This document shows, piece by piece, positions 17,678 through 28,101 of a stretch of 64,000 nucleotides of DNA. The notes beneath the pieces were generated by a model. The model worked only from the letters and a program-made list of their open reading frames with translations. It had not been told where the DNA came from and did no database searches. The stretch is from Verrucomicrobiota bacterium (lineage in GTDB: Bacteria > Verrucomicrobiota > Verrucomicrobiia > Limisphaerales > Palsa-1400). Numbering within the stretch: the first letter of the stretch is position 1; the number at the start of each line of letters is the position of its first letter. The translations under genes were made by a program, and so were the position numbers. The stretch covers positions 1 to 64,000 of the forward strand of contig JBEKYR010000008.1 in assembly GCA_049510745.1 (NCBI GenBank), given 5' to 3'.

Positions 17678-18433
17678 ATGGCAGCGATTGGCCGCTTTCA
17701 AAAAGGCGACGAGATTTTTTACGCGAAGGTCGTGGACGGAGAGCTTTTCCGCCTGCGCGGCGATGTCTTTGGCTCGCCGTCGTTCGATAAAAAGCGCATG
17801 TCTTTCAAGGGCTTGAAAACGTTGACGCCGGTGGCGCCGTCGAAGGTCATCGCCATCGGCCTCAATTACGCCGATCACGCCCGCGAGACCGGCAAAACGC
17901 TCCCGAAAGAGCCGCTCTTCTGGCTCAAAGCGCCCACGTCGCTCATTCCCGATGGGGCGAAGATCGAGATTCCCTTTCCGCAGCACCGCACCGATTTCGA
18001 GGCGGAGCTGGCCATCGTCATCGGGCGTCGGGTGCGCAACGTCACGGCCACGGCGGCGGCGCGGTATATTTTTGGATTCACGGCGGCGCAGGACATCAGC
18101 GACCGGACAATCCAGCATGCGGAGAGCCAATGGGCGCGGGCGAAATCGTTCGACACCTTTACGCCGCTGGGGCCGTATGTGGAAACCAAGGCGGACCCGT
18201 CGGATTTGACCCTCCAGTTGTTCCAAAACGGGCAGCTTCGCCAGAATTCCAACACCAGCCAGCTCATTTTCAATTGTTTCCAAGTGGTCAGTTTCGTCTC
18301 CACCAACATGACGCTGCTGCCGGGGGACGTCATCCTCACCGGCACGCCGAGCGGGATTGGGCCGATCCAATCGGGCGACCGGCTGGAGGTGCGAATCCAG
18401 GGGCTGGCGCCCTTGGTCAACACGGTCAAGTAA
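17678..18433 (+). CDS. Fumarylacetoacetate hydrolase family protein
   Basis: IGLNYADH, DFEAELAIVIG, AKSFDTFTPLGP, PGDVILTGTP. Confidence 0.95.
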   Translation: MAAIGRFQKGDEIFYAKVVDGELFRLRGDVFGSPSFDKKRMSFKGLKTLTPVAPSKVIAIGLNYADHARETGKTLPKEPLFWLKAPTSLIPDGAKIEIPFPQHRTDFEAELAIVIGRRVRNVTATAAARYIFGFTAAQDISDRTIQHAESQWARAKSFDTFTPLGPYVETKADPSDLTLQLFQNGQLRQNSNTSQLIFNCFQVVSFVSTNMTLLPGDVILTGTPSGIGPIQSGDRLEVRIQGLAPLVNTVK

Positions 18434-18467
18434 AGCGGCCGCCGCCACTCGGAATCATTCTTATATT

Positions 18468-20195
18468 ATGCGCTGGAGCCAGGCTTTTATCCCGACCCTT
18501 AAAGAAACCCCCGCGGAAGCGGAAATCATTTCGCACAAGCTGCTCTTGCGGGCCGGCTTGATCCGCAAGCTCACCGGCGGGCTTTACACGTTCCTGCCCC
18601 TGGGCTTGCGCGCCTTGCGCAAGGTGGAACAAATCGTCCGCGAAGAAATGGACCGGGCCGGCGCGCTGGAAGTGCTCATGCCCGCCTTGCAGCCGCCGGA
18701 AATCTGGCAGCAAAGCGGCCGCTACGAAACGGCCCAGGGCGTTTTCTTCAAGGCGCGCGACCGGGCGAAAAAGGAATGGATTCTCGGCCCCACCCACGAA
18801 GAGGTCATCACCACCCTGGTGGCGGGCGAATTGAGTTCCTACCGCCAGTTGCCCAAGAACTTTTACCAAATCCAGACCAAGTTCCGCGACGAAATCCGGC
18901 CCCGCTTCGGCCTGATGCGGGCCAAGGAATTCGTGATGAAGGACGCTTACAGCTTCGACATCTCCGACGAAGCCGCGCAGGTCAGCTACAAAAAAATGTA
19001 TGACGCCTACACGCGCATCTTTCAGCGGTGCGGTTTGAAGGCGATGGCGGTCGAGGCGGACACCGGCGTGATGGGCGGGAAGTTCTCGCACGAGTTCATG
19101 GCGCCGGCGGAAACGGGCGAAAACGAGGTGGTCTATTGCGAAAGCTGCCACTACGCCGCCAACATCGACAAGGCCGCCAGCCGCGCCAGCCGGGCCGACT
19201 CCGCCGCAACAGGAATGACGGCGGAGAAATTCGCCACGCCGGGGGTTGCGACCATCGAGGACTTGACCCGGCCGCCTTTTGGCGTGCCGGCCCAACGCCA
19301 GATCAAGACGCTGGTTTATCTGGTGGAAAACAAACCGGTGCTGGTGTTGTTGCGCGGCGACGATCAACTGAACGAGGCGAAATTGACCGGCGCCCTCGGC
19401 ACGGGGACTTTTCGCCCGGCCGAGGCGGAGGAGATTTTCGCCGCGTTGCGGGCGCATCCCGGCAGCCTGGGCGCGGTGAACGTCAAGGACCTGCCGATCC
19501 ATGCGGATGAAACGCTGCGCGGCGCCGTCGCCATGGCCACCGGGGCCAACGAGGACGGCTTCCACTGGCGCGGGGTCGAGATCGGGCGCGACATCGCTGT
19601 CAACAAATGGAGCGACCTGCGGCTCGTCCGGGCGGGGGAACCGTGCGCGCATTGCGGCCAGGCGCTGAAAATCCGCCGCGCCATCGAAGTGGGCCACGTT
19701 TTCAAGCTCGGCACAAAATACAGCGAGGCCTTCAACGCCTGTTTCCTGGATGAATCGGGCAAAAAGCAGCCGGCCATCATGGGCTGCTACGGCATCGGCG
19801 TCACCCGCACGTTGCAGGCCGTCATCGAGCAAGGCAACGACAAGGACGGCATCATCTGGCCGGTCAGCGTCGCGCCCTACACGGTTTGCGTGACGCCCTT
19901 GACCGTCGCGCCCGACAGCGCGGTGATGAAGCTGGCGGAGCAGATTTACGCCGGCCTGGGCACGCGCGGCGTCGAAGTCATCCTGGACGACCGGGACGAA
20001 CGCCCCGGAGTCAAGTTCAAGGATTCCGAACTGATCGGCTTCCCCGTCCGGGTTGGCATCGGCGAAAAATCGCTGGCCCGGGGCGAAGTCGAACTGAAGA
20101 CGCGGGGCGGCCCGCTGGTGCCGGTCAAAGCCGGGGAGGTGGTGGAAAGAGTTTTGGAAAAGCTGGCGCAACCGCCGCCGGGCGGGGGCAACTGA
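18468..20195 (+). CDS. proS: Proline--tRNA ligase
   Basis: GPTHEE, KFRDEIRPRFGLMR, editing insert, IEVGHVFKLG, MGCYGIGVTR. Confidence 0.98.
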   Translation: MRWSQAFIPTLKETPAEAEIISHKLLLRAGLIRKLTGGLYTFLPLGLRALRKVEQIVREEMDRAGALEVLMPALQPPEIWQQSGRYETAQGVFFKARDRAKKEWILGPTHEEVITTLVAGELSSYRQLPKNFYQIQTKFRDEIRPRFGLMRAKEFVMKDAYSFDISDEAAQVSYKKMYDAYTRIFQRCGLKAMAVEADTGVMGGKFSHEFMAPAETGENEVVYCESCHYAANIDKAASRASRADSAATGMTAEKFATPGVATIEDLTRPPFGVPAQRQIKTLVYLVENKPVLVLLRGDDQLNEAKLTGALGTGTFRPAEAEEIFAALRAHPGSLGAVNVKDLPIHADETLRGAVAMATGANEDGFHWRGVEIGRDIAVNKWSDLRLVRAGEPCAHCGQALKIRRAIEVGHVFKLGTKYSEAFNACFLDESGKKQPAIMGCYGIGVTRTLQAVIEQGNDKDGIIWPVSVAPYTVCVTPLTVAPDSAVMKLAEQIYAGLGTRGVEVILDDRDERPGVKFKDSELIGFPVRVGIGEKSLARGEVELKTRGGPLVPVKAGEVVERVLEKLAQPPPGGGN

Positions 20196-20200
20196 GCGTT

Positions 20201-20458
20201 TCACGCCGCCACCAGGCGGGTTTCCATGCGAAAGCCAAGCTCGCGCAACAAGGCTTGATAATCTTCGACCTGGGAGAGAACGCCGGGAGTCCGGCTGGCC
20301 GTCAATTGTGACAACACGCTCAGGAGCGCGCTGCCGTCCTCAGCGGGAAAATCCTCCTCCACCAGGGCGGCGTCCGCCCACTTGACCAATTCGTCGTGAG
20401 AAACTTCACTGGCCAAATAGGCCGCGATCTTCGTTGCGCAGTCCACTTTTGTTGTCAT
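20201..20458 (-). CDS. Small hypothetical protein
   Basis: 85-aa ORF filling the gap between proS and the rplB promoter, with globular helical composition. Confidence 0.7.
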   Translation of the reverse strand: MTTKVDCATKIAAYLASEVSHDELVKWADAALVEEDFPAEDGSALLSVLSQLTASRTPGVLSQVEDYQALLRELGFRMETRLVAA

Positions 20459-20539
20459 AACTTCTGAATCGCTTTTGCGCCTCGCTGAAAGACCACAGGA
20501 AACGGCTGAATCGGCCCAAAAGATTTTTCAAGAAAACAC

Positions 20540-20567
20540 TTGCGGCGAAAATGGCTTCTGCTATCTT
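20540..20567 (+). promoter_or_regulatory. Putative promoter of the rplB-led ribosomal operon
   Basis: TTGCGG-16 nt-TATCTT with extended -10 TG, about 120 nt before rplB. Confidence 0.5.
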
Positions 20568-20689
20568 TTCGCTCCATTTTCGCCGAAAGCGACAGATGGC
20601 GGCTTTTTGGCGCGACCGATAACTGATCGCCCCGCTGGGCGCAGGATTGATGGCCGACGCCGCTTGCAGCCGTGACGCATTTGATTTTT

Positions 20690-21544
20690 ATGCCAGTTAA
20701 AACGTTCAGGCCCTTAACGCCTTCGACGCGCTACGTGACGGTGGCGTCGTTCGACGAGATTACTAAGGACACTCCGGAGCGGAGTCTCATCAGTATTCGC
20801 AAGAAATCTGGTGGGCGCAATTGTTATGGCCGCGTCACGGCTCGCGGCATCGGGCGGGGTCATAAACAATTCCACCGCAACGTCGATTTCAAACGCAATA
20901 AGCACGGAATCGAGGCGGATGTGACGGCCATCGAATATGACCCGATTCGCACCGCCCGGCTGGCGCTTTTGCAATATAAGGATGGGGAAAAGCGTTACAT
21001 CCTGGCCCCCAACGGGTTGCAGGTGGGGGCCAAGCTCGTCAGCGGGCCGGCCGCGCCGGCGGAACTGGGCAACTGCCTGCCGCTCAAGACGATACCGGTC
21101 GGTTTGCCCATTCATAACATTGAAATCACCCCCGGTCGGGGCGGCCAGATGGTCCGCACGGCGGGCGGGTCGGCGATGGTGATGTCGCGCGATGAGGCTT
21201 ACGCCCTGATCCGGCTGCCATCGGGGGAAGTGCGCCGGGTGCATGAGACCTGTTACGCCACCATCGGCCAGGTTGGGAACCTGGAGCATGAGAATATGGT
21301 TTTGGGCAAGGCCGGCCGCTCGAGGCATCGGGGCATCCGGCCGATTAACCGCGGGGTTTCGCGCAACCCGGTGGACCACCCCAACGGGGGCGGGGCGGGC
21401 AAATCCAAGAGCGGCGGCGGCTGGCAACAACTGACTTCGCCGTGGGGCCTGCTGGCCAAAGGCTACCGGACACGCCACAAGCGGAAGTACTCCAACCGGT
21501 TCATCCTGGTTCGCCGCGATGGCCGGCCGATGAAACGCAAGTAA
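20690..21544 (+). CDS. rplB: 50S ribosomal protein L2
   Basis: [24 protein letters not shown]. Confidence 0.98.
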   Translation: MPVKTFRPLTPSTRYVTVASFDEITKDTPERSLISIRKKSGGRNCYGRVTARGIGRGHKQFHRNVDFKRNKHGIEADVTAIEYDPIRTARLALLQYKDGEKRYILAPNGLQVGAKLVSGPAAPAELGNCLPLKTIPVGLPIHNIEITPGRGGQMVRTAGGSAMVMSRDEAYALIRLPSGEVRRVHETCYATIGQVGNLEHENMVLGKAGRSRHRGIRPINRGVSRNPVDHPNGGGAGKSKSGGGWQQLTSPWGLLAKGYRTRHKRKYSNRFILVRRDGRPMKRK

Positions 21545-21564
21545 TTGATGAAACACTAACTAAT

Positions 21565-21846
21565 ATGGGACGATCCATCAAAAAAGGTCCATTCGTGGAC
21601 GGTCATCTGGTCGAGAAGATCGAGGAGGCCAAGGCGTCCAAGTCGAAGACGCCGATCAAGACGTGGTCGCGCCGCTCGATGATTACGCCGGACTTTGTGG
21701 GCTTGACCTTCAACGTCCACAACGGCAAAATTTTCAATCCGGTCTTCGTCACGGAGAACATGGTGGGCCACCGGCTGGGCGAATTCTCGCTCACGCGCAC
21801 GTTCAAGAAACACGGCGCGCACACCGCGAAAGCCGAAGCGAAATAG
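21565..21846 (+). CDS. rpsS: 30S ribosomal protein S19
   Basis: [26 protein letters not shown]. Confidence 0.98.
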   Translation: MGRSIKKGPFVDGHLVEKIEEAKASKSKTPIKTWSRRSMITPDFVGLTFNVHNGKIFNPVFVTENMVGHRLGEFSLTRTFKKHGAHTAKAEAK

Positions 21847-21852
21847 GCGCGT

Positions 21853-22206
21853 ATGGAAGTTCAAGCCATTACACACAACGTCCGCATGTCCGCGCAGAAG
21901 ATGCGCGAGGTGGTGCGGCAGATTCAGGGACTGCCCGCCGCGCACGCGCAAGCCGTCCTGGCGGTGGTGCCGCGCAAGGGAGCGCGGGCGGTGGCCAAGA
22001 CGCTCCAGTCCGCCCTGGCCAACGCCGAGGACTTGAAAATCCACAAGGCCGAATATCAGGACCTGAAGACGGAAAACCTGCGCGTCAAGCTGGCCGTGGC
22101 GGGCACGGCCGGCAGCATCAAGCGGTTCACCCCCAAGGCGCGCGGCTCGGCCGGGCCGATCCTCAAGCGCAATTGCCACGTCAAAATAGTTTTGTCAGAC
22201 GAATAA
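21853..22206 (+). CDS. rplV: 50S ribosomal protein L22
   Basis: [24 protein letters not shown]. Confidence 0.97.
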   Translation: MEVQAITHNVRMSAQKMREVVRQIQGLPAAHAQAVLAVVPRKGARAVAKTLQSALANAEDLKIHKAEYQDLKTENLRVKLAVAGTAGSIKRFTPKARGSAGPILKRNCHVKIVLSDE

Positions 22207-22210
22207 CACT

Positions 22211-22906
22211 ATGGGCCAAAAAACAAATCCAATCGGTCTGCGCGTCGCCCTCAACAAAGACTGGGGCTCCAAGTGGTTTGCGGAGAAGAAGGAATTCGGC
22301 AAACTGCTGGCGGAAGACAGGAAGATTCGGGACCTGCTCAAGACCAAGCTGGAAGGGGCGTCGGTTTCCAAGATTCAACTCGAACGGGCCGCCTCCCGTT
22401 GCCGCATCACCATTTTCACCGCCCGCCCCGGCGTGGTCATCGGACGGAAAGGGGCCGAAATCGACAAGCTCAAGGAAGAAATCAGCAAGATGACCGGCAA
22501 GGAAGTCTATGTGGATATTCAGGAAATCAAGCAACCCGAGGTTGATGCCCAATTGGTGGCTGAAAACGTGGCCGTCCAGCTTGAACGCCGCGTTTCCTTC
22601 CGCCGGGCGATGAAGAAAGCGGTGCAAGTGGCGATGGATTTCGGGGCCGAAGGCATCAAAGTGCGGGTGGGAGGCCGTTTGGGGGGCGCGGAGATCGCCC
22701 GGGTCGAGAAATACCATCAAGGCCGCGTGCCGCTGCACACCTTGCGGGCCAATATCGAGTATGGATTTGCCGAAGCCAATACGGTCTATGGCAAGCTGGG
22801 GATCAAATGCTGGATTTGCAAAGGCGACATGCCGGCGGCCAAAAAACAACAGAAAGAACAGCCGCAGCCGCAGCCAGCGCCGGCGCCGGCGCCGGCAGCG
22901 GTTTGA
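22211..22906 (+). CDS. rpsC: 30S ribosomal protein S3
   Basis: [31 protein letters not shown]. Confidence 0.98.
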   Translation: MGQKTNPIGLRVALNKDWGSKWFAEKKEFGKLLAEDRKIRDLLKTKLEGASVSKIQLERAASRCRITIFTARPGVVIGRKGAEIDKLKEEISKMTGKEVYVDIQEIKQPEVDAQLVAENVAVQLERRVSFRRAMKKAVQVAMDFGAEGIKVRVGGRLGGAEIARVEKYHQGRVPLHTLRANIEYGFAEANTVYGKLGIKCWICKGDMPAAKKQQKEQPQPQPAPAPAPAAV

Positions 22907-22950
22907 GAATTTGAACCGAACGGAAACCCGTTAGAAAAGAGAAATTATTT

Positions 22951-23370
22951 ATGGCAATGAGTCCCGCCAGAGTAAAGTACCGCAAGATGCACCGGGGCAG
23001 CCGCACCGGTCTGGCCCAGCGCGGCTCAACGGTCGCCTTTGGTGAATACGGATTGCAGTCCCTGGAACGGTGCTGGCTGGATACCAAGCAAATTGAAGCG
23101 GCCCGCGTGGCCGTGACCCGCTTTATGAAGCGCCGCGGAAAGGTCTGGATTCGCATCTTCCCGCATAAATCCTTTACCAAGAAGCCGCTGGAAACGCGCA
23201 TGGGCAAGGGCAAAGGGCCGTTGGAATCCTGGGTGGCGGTGATCCGTCCGGCCAGTGTCTTGTTTGAAGTCGATGGCGTGGCTGAAGTGGTGGCGCGGGA
23301 ATCCATGCGGCTGGCCGCGACGAAGCTGCCCATCAGGACCAAATTCATTTCCCGTCATCGCATGGGCTGA
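22951..23370 (+). CDS. rplP: 50S ribosomal protein L16
   Basis: [17 protein letters not shown]. Confidence 0.98.
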   Translation: MAMSPARVKYRKMHRGSRTGLAQRGSTVAFGEYGLQSLERCWLDTKQIEAARVAVTRFMKRRGKVWIRIFPHKSFTKKPLETRMGKGKGPLESWVAVIRPASVLFEVDGVAEVVARESMRLAATKLPIRTKFISRHRMG

Positions 23371-23377
23371 ACCGACT

Positions 23378-23575
23378 ATGAAAATGTCCGAAATCAAAGA
23401 TTTGACCGCGCACGAACTCTCCGCCAAGAGCCGGGACCTGCGCCACGAGATTTTCAACCTGCGCTTGCAGCAGGCCAGCAGCCAATTGGAGAAGCCGGCC
23501 CGCCTGCGCGATTTGCGCCGGGATGTCGCCCGGCTGGAAACGCGCCTTTCCCAACTGCGGAACAAGGCGGCTTGA
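23378..23575 (+). CDS. rpmC: 50S ribosomal protein L29
   Basis: EIFNLRLQ...RRDVARLET; operon position. Confidence 0.96.
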   Translation: MKMSEIKDLTAHELSAKSRDLRHEIFNLRLQQASSQLEKPARLRDLRRDVARLETRLSQLRNKAA

Positions 23576-23585
23576 TTTTATTTTT

Positions 23586-23882
23586 ATGGCAGAAGCAAAA
23601 CAATTGGAGGAACGCGGCCACCGCAAGGAACGGCTGGGCAAGGTCATTGCCAACAAGATGGCCAAGACCATCGTCGTGCGGGTCGAGCGCCGCTTCCCGC
23701 ACCCTGAATACAAAAAGGTCGTGACGGCCTTTTCCAAATTCTACGCCCACGATGAAAAAGGCGAAGCCAAGGTGGGCGACCTGGTGTTGATCCGGGAAAC
23801 GCGGCCCTTGTCCAAATTGAAACGCTGGCGGCTGACCCAGGTGGTGGAACGATCCGCCGACGTGCCGCTGGCCGCCGTCTAG
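23586..23882 (+). CDS. rpsQ: 30S ribosomal protein S17
   Basis: [19 protein letters not shown]. Confidence 0.97.
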   Translation: MAEAKQLEERGHRKERLGKVIANKMAKTIVVRVERRFPHPEYKKVVTAFSKFYAHDEKGEAKVGDLVLIRETRPLSKLKRWRLTQVVERSADVPLAAV

Positions 23883-23891
23883 CCAGGATTT

Positions 23892-24257
23892 ATGTTACAG
23901 GTTCGCTCCATTTTAGACGTGGCCGACAACACCGGCGCCAAACGCGCCGCCGCCATCGGCGTCATCGGCCGCAACCAGCGCTACGCCGGGATTGGCGACG
24001 TAATCAAGGCCCACATCAAGGAGGCCGCGCCGGATGGCACGGTCAAAAAGGGCGAGGTGGTCGATGCCGTCGTCGTGCGCACGCGCCAGCGCATCCGGCG
24101 GGCGGACGGCTCCTACCTGCGTTTTGACAGCAACGCCATTGTGATAATTGACAAGGAAAACAACCCGCGCGGCACGCGCATTTTCGGGCCGGTCGCCCGC
24201 GAATTGCGGGAGAAGAAGTTCATGAAGATCATATCCCTGGCCCCGGAGGTTCTCTAG
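23892..24257 (+). CDS. rplN: 50S ribosomal protein L14
   Basis: [27 protein letters not shown]. Confidence 0.98.
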   Translation: MLQVRSILDVADNTGAKRAAAIGVIGRNQRYAGIGDVIKAHIKEAAPDGTVKKGEVVDAVVVRTRQRIRRADGSYLRFDSNAIVIIDKENNPRGTRIFGPVARELREKKFMKIISLAPEVL

Positions 24258-24259
24258 TT

Positions 24260-24547
24260 ATGCCAAAAGCTCATGTGAAAAAAGGGGATGAGGTCGTGGT
24301 CATTGCCGGGTCCGAACTGGGCGGGCGCGGGAAGATATTGATGGTCAAGACCAAGAAGCAACGCGTGCTGATCGAGGGCCTCAAAATGATCAAGCGCCAC
24401 ACCCGCAAGAGCCAGCAGCATCCCAAGGGCGCCATCGTCGAGCGCGAGGGCACCATCCATATTTCCAACGTGATGCTGGCCTCCCGGTATGACGAGCGCA
24501 CCGGCGCCAAACACGAAACGGCTCCCACCGAAGCCGCCCCGCAATGA
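24260..24547 (+). CDS. rplX: 50S ribosomal protein L24
   Basis: KKGDEVVVIAG (KOW), IHISNV. Confidence 0.97.
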   Translation: MPKAHVKKGDEVVVIAGSELGGRGKILMVKTKKQRVLIEGLKMIKRHTRKSQQHPKGAIVEREGTIHISNVMLASRYDERTGAKHETAPTEAAPQ

Positions 24548-25113
24548 AACCGAGACTTTACGAAAAGTACATCCAGGAAGTGCGGCCCGCCCTGCGCGAG
24601 AAGCGCCAGTACAAAAACATCCATCAAATCCCGCGCCTGGAAAAGATCGTGGTCAACATGGGCGTGAGCGCCTCGCTGGAAAAGGGGGCGATCGATGACG
24701 CCGCGCGCGACATCACGCTGATCACCGGGCGCAAGCCGGTGGTGAGCAAATCGCGCCACAGCATCGCCAATTTCAAGCTGCGCGAGGGCCAGCCCATCGG
24801 CTGCCGCGTCACGCTGCGCCGCGAAATCATGTACGAGTTCTTTGACCGCCTGGTGGCCGCCGCCCTGCCGCGCATCCGCGACTTTCGCGGGCTGTCGCCC
24901 CGCTCTTTCGACGGGCGCGGCAATTACACTTTTGGCGTGAACGACCAGACCATTTTCCCGGAAATCGAACTGGACAAGATCAAACGCACCCAAGGCATGG
25001 ACATCACGATCGTGACCACGGCGCCGACCAACGAGGAGGCGCTGGACCTGCTCAAAATGATGGGCATGCCCTTCGCCGAGGCGAAGGAAACACCGCAGCG
25101 ACCCACACCCTGA
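24544..25113 (+). CDS. rplE: 50S ribosomal protein L5
   Basis: [24 protein letters not shown]. Confidence 0.98.
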   Translation: MKPRLYEKYIQEVRPALREKRQYKNIHQIPRLEKIVVNMGVSASLEKGAIDDAARDITLITGRKPVVSKSRHSIANFKLREGQPIGCRVTLRREIMYEFFDRLVAAALPRIRDFRGLSPRSFDGRGNYTFGVNDQTIFPEIELDKIKRTQGMDITIVTTAPTNEEALDLLKMMGMPFAEAKETPQRPTP

Positions 25114-25117
25114 ATTT

Positions 25118-25387
25118 ATGGCAAAAATCGCCTGGATAGAACGCAACAAGAAAAAGCGCGAAACCGTCAAGAAGTACGCCGCCCAGCGGGCCGAGTTGAA
25201 GGCGCGGCGCGACTACGCCGGGTTGAGCAAACTGCCCCGCAACGCCAGCCCCAGCCGCGTGGTCAACCGCTGCTCGATGTCCGGCCGGCGCCACGGGTAT
25301 TTGCGCAAATTCGGCTGCTCGCGCCTGACCTTTCGCGAGGCGGCCTTGAACGGCTTGATTCCCGGCGTGACCAAGGCCAGTTGGTAA
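25118..25387 (+). CDS. rpsN: 30S ribosomal protein S14 (89 aa, incomplete Zn-ribbon cysteines)
   Basis: [24 protein letters not shown]. Confidence 0.97.
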   Translation: MAKIAWIERNKKKRETVKKYAAQRAELKARRDYAGLSKLPRNASPSRVVNRCSMSGRRHGYLRKFGCSRLTFREAALNGLIPGVTKASW

Positions 25388-25391
25388 CACT

Positions 25392-25778
25392 ATGAGCGAC
25401 CCGATTTCAGACATGCTGACCCGCATACGCAACGCCAGCCGGGCGTTGCTGCCGGAGGTCCACGTCCCCCACTCCAAACTAAAGGAGAGCATTGCCCACC
25501 TCCTCAAGCGCGAAGGCTACATCGCGGAGGTCGCCGTGGAGGGCAAACTGCCCAAGACGATCAAGCTCAAGCTCAAGTACTCCGGGCGCAAATGCGTCAT
25601 CGAGGGCTTGCGCCGGGCCAGTTCCCCGGGGTTGCGCCGCTACGTCGGGGCGCAGAAGGTCCCGGCCGTGCGGGCCGGAATGGGCACCTCGATCCTTTCC
25701 ACCTCCGAGGGCATCCTCACCGGCACGCAGGCGCGCAAGAAAAATCTCGGCGGCGAACTGCTCTGTGAAATTTGGTAA
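25392..25778 (+). CDS. rpsH: 30S ribosomal protein S8
   Basis: DPISDMLTRIRNA, SPGLRRY, GGELLC. Confidence 0.98.
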   Translation: MSDPISDMLTRIRNASRALLPEVHVPHSKLKESIAHLLKREGYIAEVAVEGKLPKTIKLKLKYSGRKCVIEGLRRASSPGLRRYVGAQKVPAVRAGMGTSILSTSEGILTGTQARKKNLGGELLCEIW

Positions 25779-25783
25779 CATTT

Positions 25784-26320
25784 ATGTCTCGCATTGGAAA
25801 ATTACCCGTCGCCGTCCCGCCCAAAGTCAAGGTCGAGATCCGGGGTCAGAAAGTCCTGGTCGAAGGCCCCAAGGGCAAGCTGGATTTTGAACTGCCCCGC
25901 CGCACCTCGGCCAACCTCAACGGCGCCAGCCTCGTTGTCAGCCGCCAGGGCGACGACGCCGAGGCCCGGGCCTTGCACGGCTTGAGCCGGGCCATCGTCA
26001 ACAACATGGTCAAGGGCGTCAGCGAAGGGTTCGTCAAAAAACTCGAAATCCAGGGCGTCGGTTTCAAGGCCGCTGTCCAGGGCAAAAATGTCAATCTGGT
26101 TTTGGGCTATTCGCATCCGGTCAATTATCCCATTCCCGACCAGATCACAGTGACCGTGGCGGACAACACCAAGTTGACCATCGAAGGGCCGAGCAAACAG
26201 TTGGTGGGGCAGGTCGCCGCGGAAATCCGCAGCTTCTACCCGCCGGAGCCTTACAAGGGCAAAGGCGTGCGCTACAGCACCGAGAAAGTGCGGCGCAAGG
26301 AAGGCAAGACTGTGCAATAA
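25784..26320 (+). CDS. rplF: 50S ribosomal protein L6
   Basis: MSRIGKLPV, PEPYKGKGVRY. Confidence 0.98.
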   Translation: MSRIGKLPVAVPPKVKVEIRGQKVLVEGPKGKLDFELPRRTSANLNGASLVVSRQGDDAEARALHGLSRAIVNNMVKGVSEGFVKKLEIQGVGFKAAVQGKNVNLVLGYSHPVNYPIPDQITVTVADNTKLTIEGPSKQLVGQVAAEIRSFYPPEPYKGKGVRYSTEKVRRKEGKTVQ

Positions 26321-26357
26321 TGAATTTGGCCGCGGCCAGCTCCGCGGCCCCGAAAAC

Positions 26358-26723
26358 ATGAGAACCGACAAGAAAATCCAACTCGCGACCCTGCGGCACT
26401 GGCGCATTCGCAAGATTGTCACCGGCACCAAGGAGCGCCCGCGCATGAGCGTCCGGTTCTCCAACCAACACATCCGCGTGCAGTTTATTGATGACGTCGC
26501 CCGCGTCACCCTGGCCTCGGCCTCGACGCTGGGCAAAGCGGCGGCCGCGGGCGGCAAACTGGCGGCCAACGCCGCCGGCGCGAAGAAGCTCGGCGCCATC
26601 GCCGCCGAAGTGGCCAAGAGCAAAGGCATTACCAGCGTTGTTTTTGACCGGAGCGGCGCCCGTTACCACGGGAAAGTCAAAGCGCTGGCCGACGCGGCGC
26701 GCGAGGGCGGTTTGAAATTTTAA
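26358..26723 (+). CDS. rplR: 50S ribosomal protein L18
   Basis: VVFDRSGARYHGKVKALADAAREGGLKF. Confidence 0.98.
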   Translation: MRTDKKIQLATLRHWRIRKIVTGTKERPRMSVRFSNQHIRVQFIDDVARVTLASASTLGKAAAAGGKLAANAAGAKKLGAIAAEVAKSKGITSVVFDRSGARYHGKVKALADAAREGGLKF

Positions 26724-26741
26724 CCTGTAAGAAAGAATACT

Positions 26742-27554
26742 GTGGCTGAGATCAACAAAAATTCCGGCGGCAACGCCAAACCAGGCGGACGCGGCCCCGG
26801 CCGCGGCCCGCGCCGTGCCCGACCCGCCTCCGGCGAAGGCTCCGAAGCGTCCCTCGAAGGCGGGGGCGACTCCGAGTTGAGCGAGAAGGTGGTCTTCATC
26901 AACCGATCGGCCAAAGTGGTCAAGGGCGGACGCCGCTTCAGTTTCAGCGCCCTGGTGGTCGCCGGGGACAAACGGGGCCGCGTCGGCGTTGGTTTGGGCA
27001 AGGCCGTCGAAGTGTCCGAGGCCATTCGCAAAGGGGGCGACATGGCCAAACGGCGGATGATCAGCATGTCGCTGAAAGAGGCGACCATTCCGCACGAGAT
27101 ACTCTGCCGCCACGGCGGCGCCAAGGTGTTGCTTCGCCCGGCCTCGCCGGGCACCGGCCTCATCGCCGGCAAGACGGTGCGCGCGGTTTTGGAATTGGTC
27201 GGGGTCAAGGATGTGTTAAGCAAATCGCTCGGCTCCAACAACCCCTCCAACGTCGTCAAGGCGACGATGGCCGGCCTGCAACAACTGCGTCTGCGCGAAG
27301 CCATTTACACCGCGCGCGGGTTGGAGGTAAAGCCGCGTCCCGCCCCCATTTCCGCCACGCCGGCGGCCCCGGCGCCGCCAACCGCCGCGCCCGCGCCCGC
27401 AGTGCCGACTCCGCCGCCCACGTCCGCAGAGACCACGCCGCCGCCTGCGCCCGCAGCGCCAACTCCGCCGCCCGTAGCGCCAACTCCTCCGCCTGCGCCC
27501 GCAGAAACCACTCCGCCGCCCGCGGAGGCCGGCCCGGCCCCAGCCACTGCTTGA
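26742..27554 (+). CDS. rpsE: 30S ribosomal protein S5 with N-terminal extension and Pro/Ala/Thr-rich C-terminal tail
   Basis: [38 protein letters not shown] start. Confidence 0.97.
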   Translation: MAEINKNSGGNAKPGGRGPGRGPRRARPASGEGSEASLEGGGDSELSEKVVFINRSAKVVKGGRRFSFSALVVAGDKRGRVGVGLGKAVEVSEAIRKGGDMAKRRMISMSLKEATIPHEILCRHGGAKVLLRPASPGTGLIAGKTVRAVLELVGVKDVLSKSLGSNNPSNVVKATMAGLQQLRLREAIYTARGLEVKPRPAPISATPAAPAPPTAAPAPAVPTPPPTSAETTPPPAPAAPTPPPVAPTPPPAPAETTPPPAEAGPAPATA

Positions 27555-27559
27555 TTTTT

Positions 27560-28090
27560 ATGCGCTTACACGATCTTAAACCCCGACCCGGTTCCAAGCA
27601 CCGCCGCAAGCGGCTCGGCCAGGGTGAATCCAGCGGCCACGGCAAGACCAGCGGCCGGGGCGGCAAGGGCCAGACGGCCCGTTCCGGCAGTTCCATTCGC
27701 ATCGGATTTGAAGGCGGCCAGATGCCGTTGATCCGCCGCCTGCCAAAGCGCGGCTTCAACAACGCCCGCTTCGCCATCCGTTACATCCCCGTCAATCTGG
27801 AAGCGCTCAATCGATTCGACGATGGCGCGACGGTGGATGCGGCGGCGTTGCGCGCGCTGGGCCTGGCCCAGGGCCGCGAAAAACGGATCAAAATCCTCGG
27901 CGACGGCGAATTGACGCGCAAACTGGCTGTGCAGGCGCACGCCTTCAGCGCGTCGGCCCGCGCCAAGATCGAAAAGCTCGGCGGCACCTGTCAATTGATC
28001 GAGACCAAGCCGGCGGCCAAACCCGCCGCGAAACCGGCCGAGAAAGCCGCCGCTAAACCCGCCGACAAAGCACCCGAAAAGAGCGCCTAG
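27560..28090 (+). CDS. rplO: 50S ribosomal protein L15
   Basis: GKTSGRGGKGQTARSG, GFEGGQMPLIRRLPKRGF. Confidence 0.98.
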   Translation: MRLHDLKPRPGSKHRRKRLGQGESSGHGKTSGRGGKGQTARSGSSIRIGFEGGQMPLIRRLPKRGFNNARFAIRYIPVNLEALNRFDDGATVDAAALRALGLAQGREKRIKILGDGELTRKLAVQAHAFSASARAKIEKLGGTCQLIETKPAAKPAAKPAEKAAAKPADKAPEKSA

Positions 28091-28101
28091 TTCTCCCCTA
28101 A

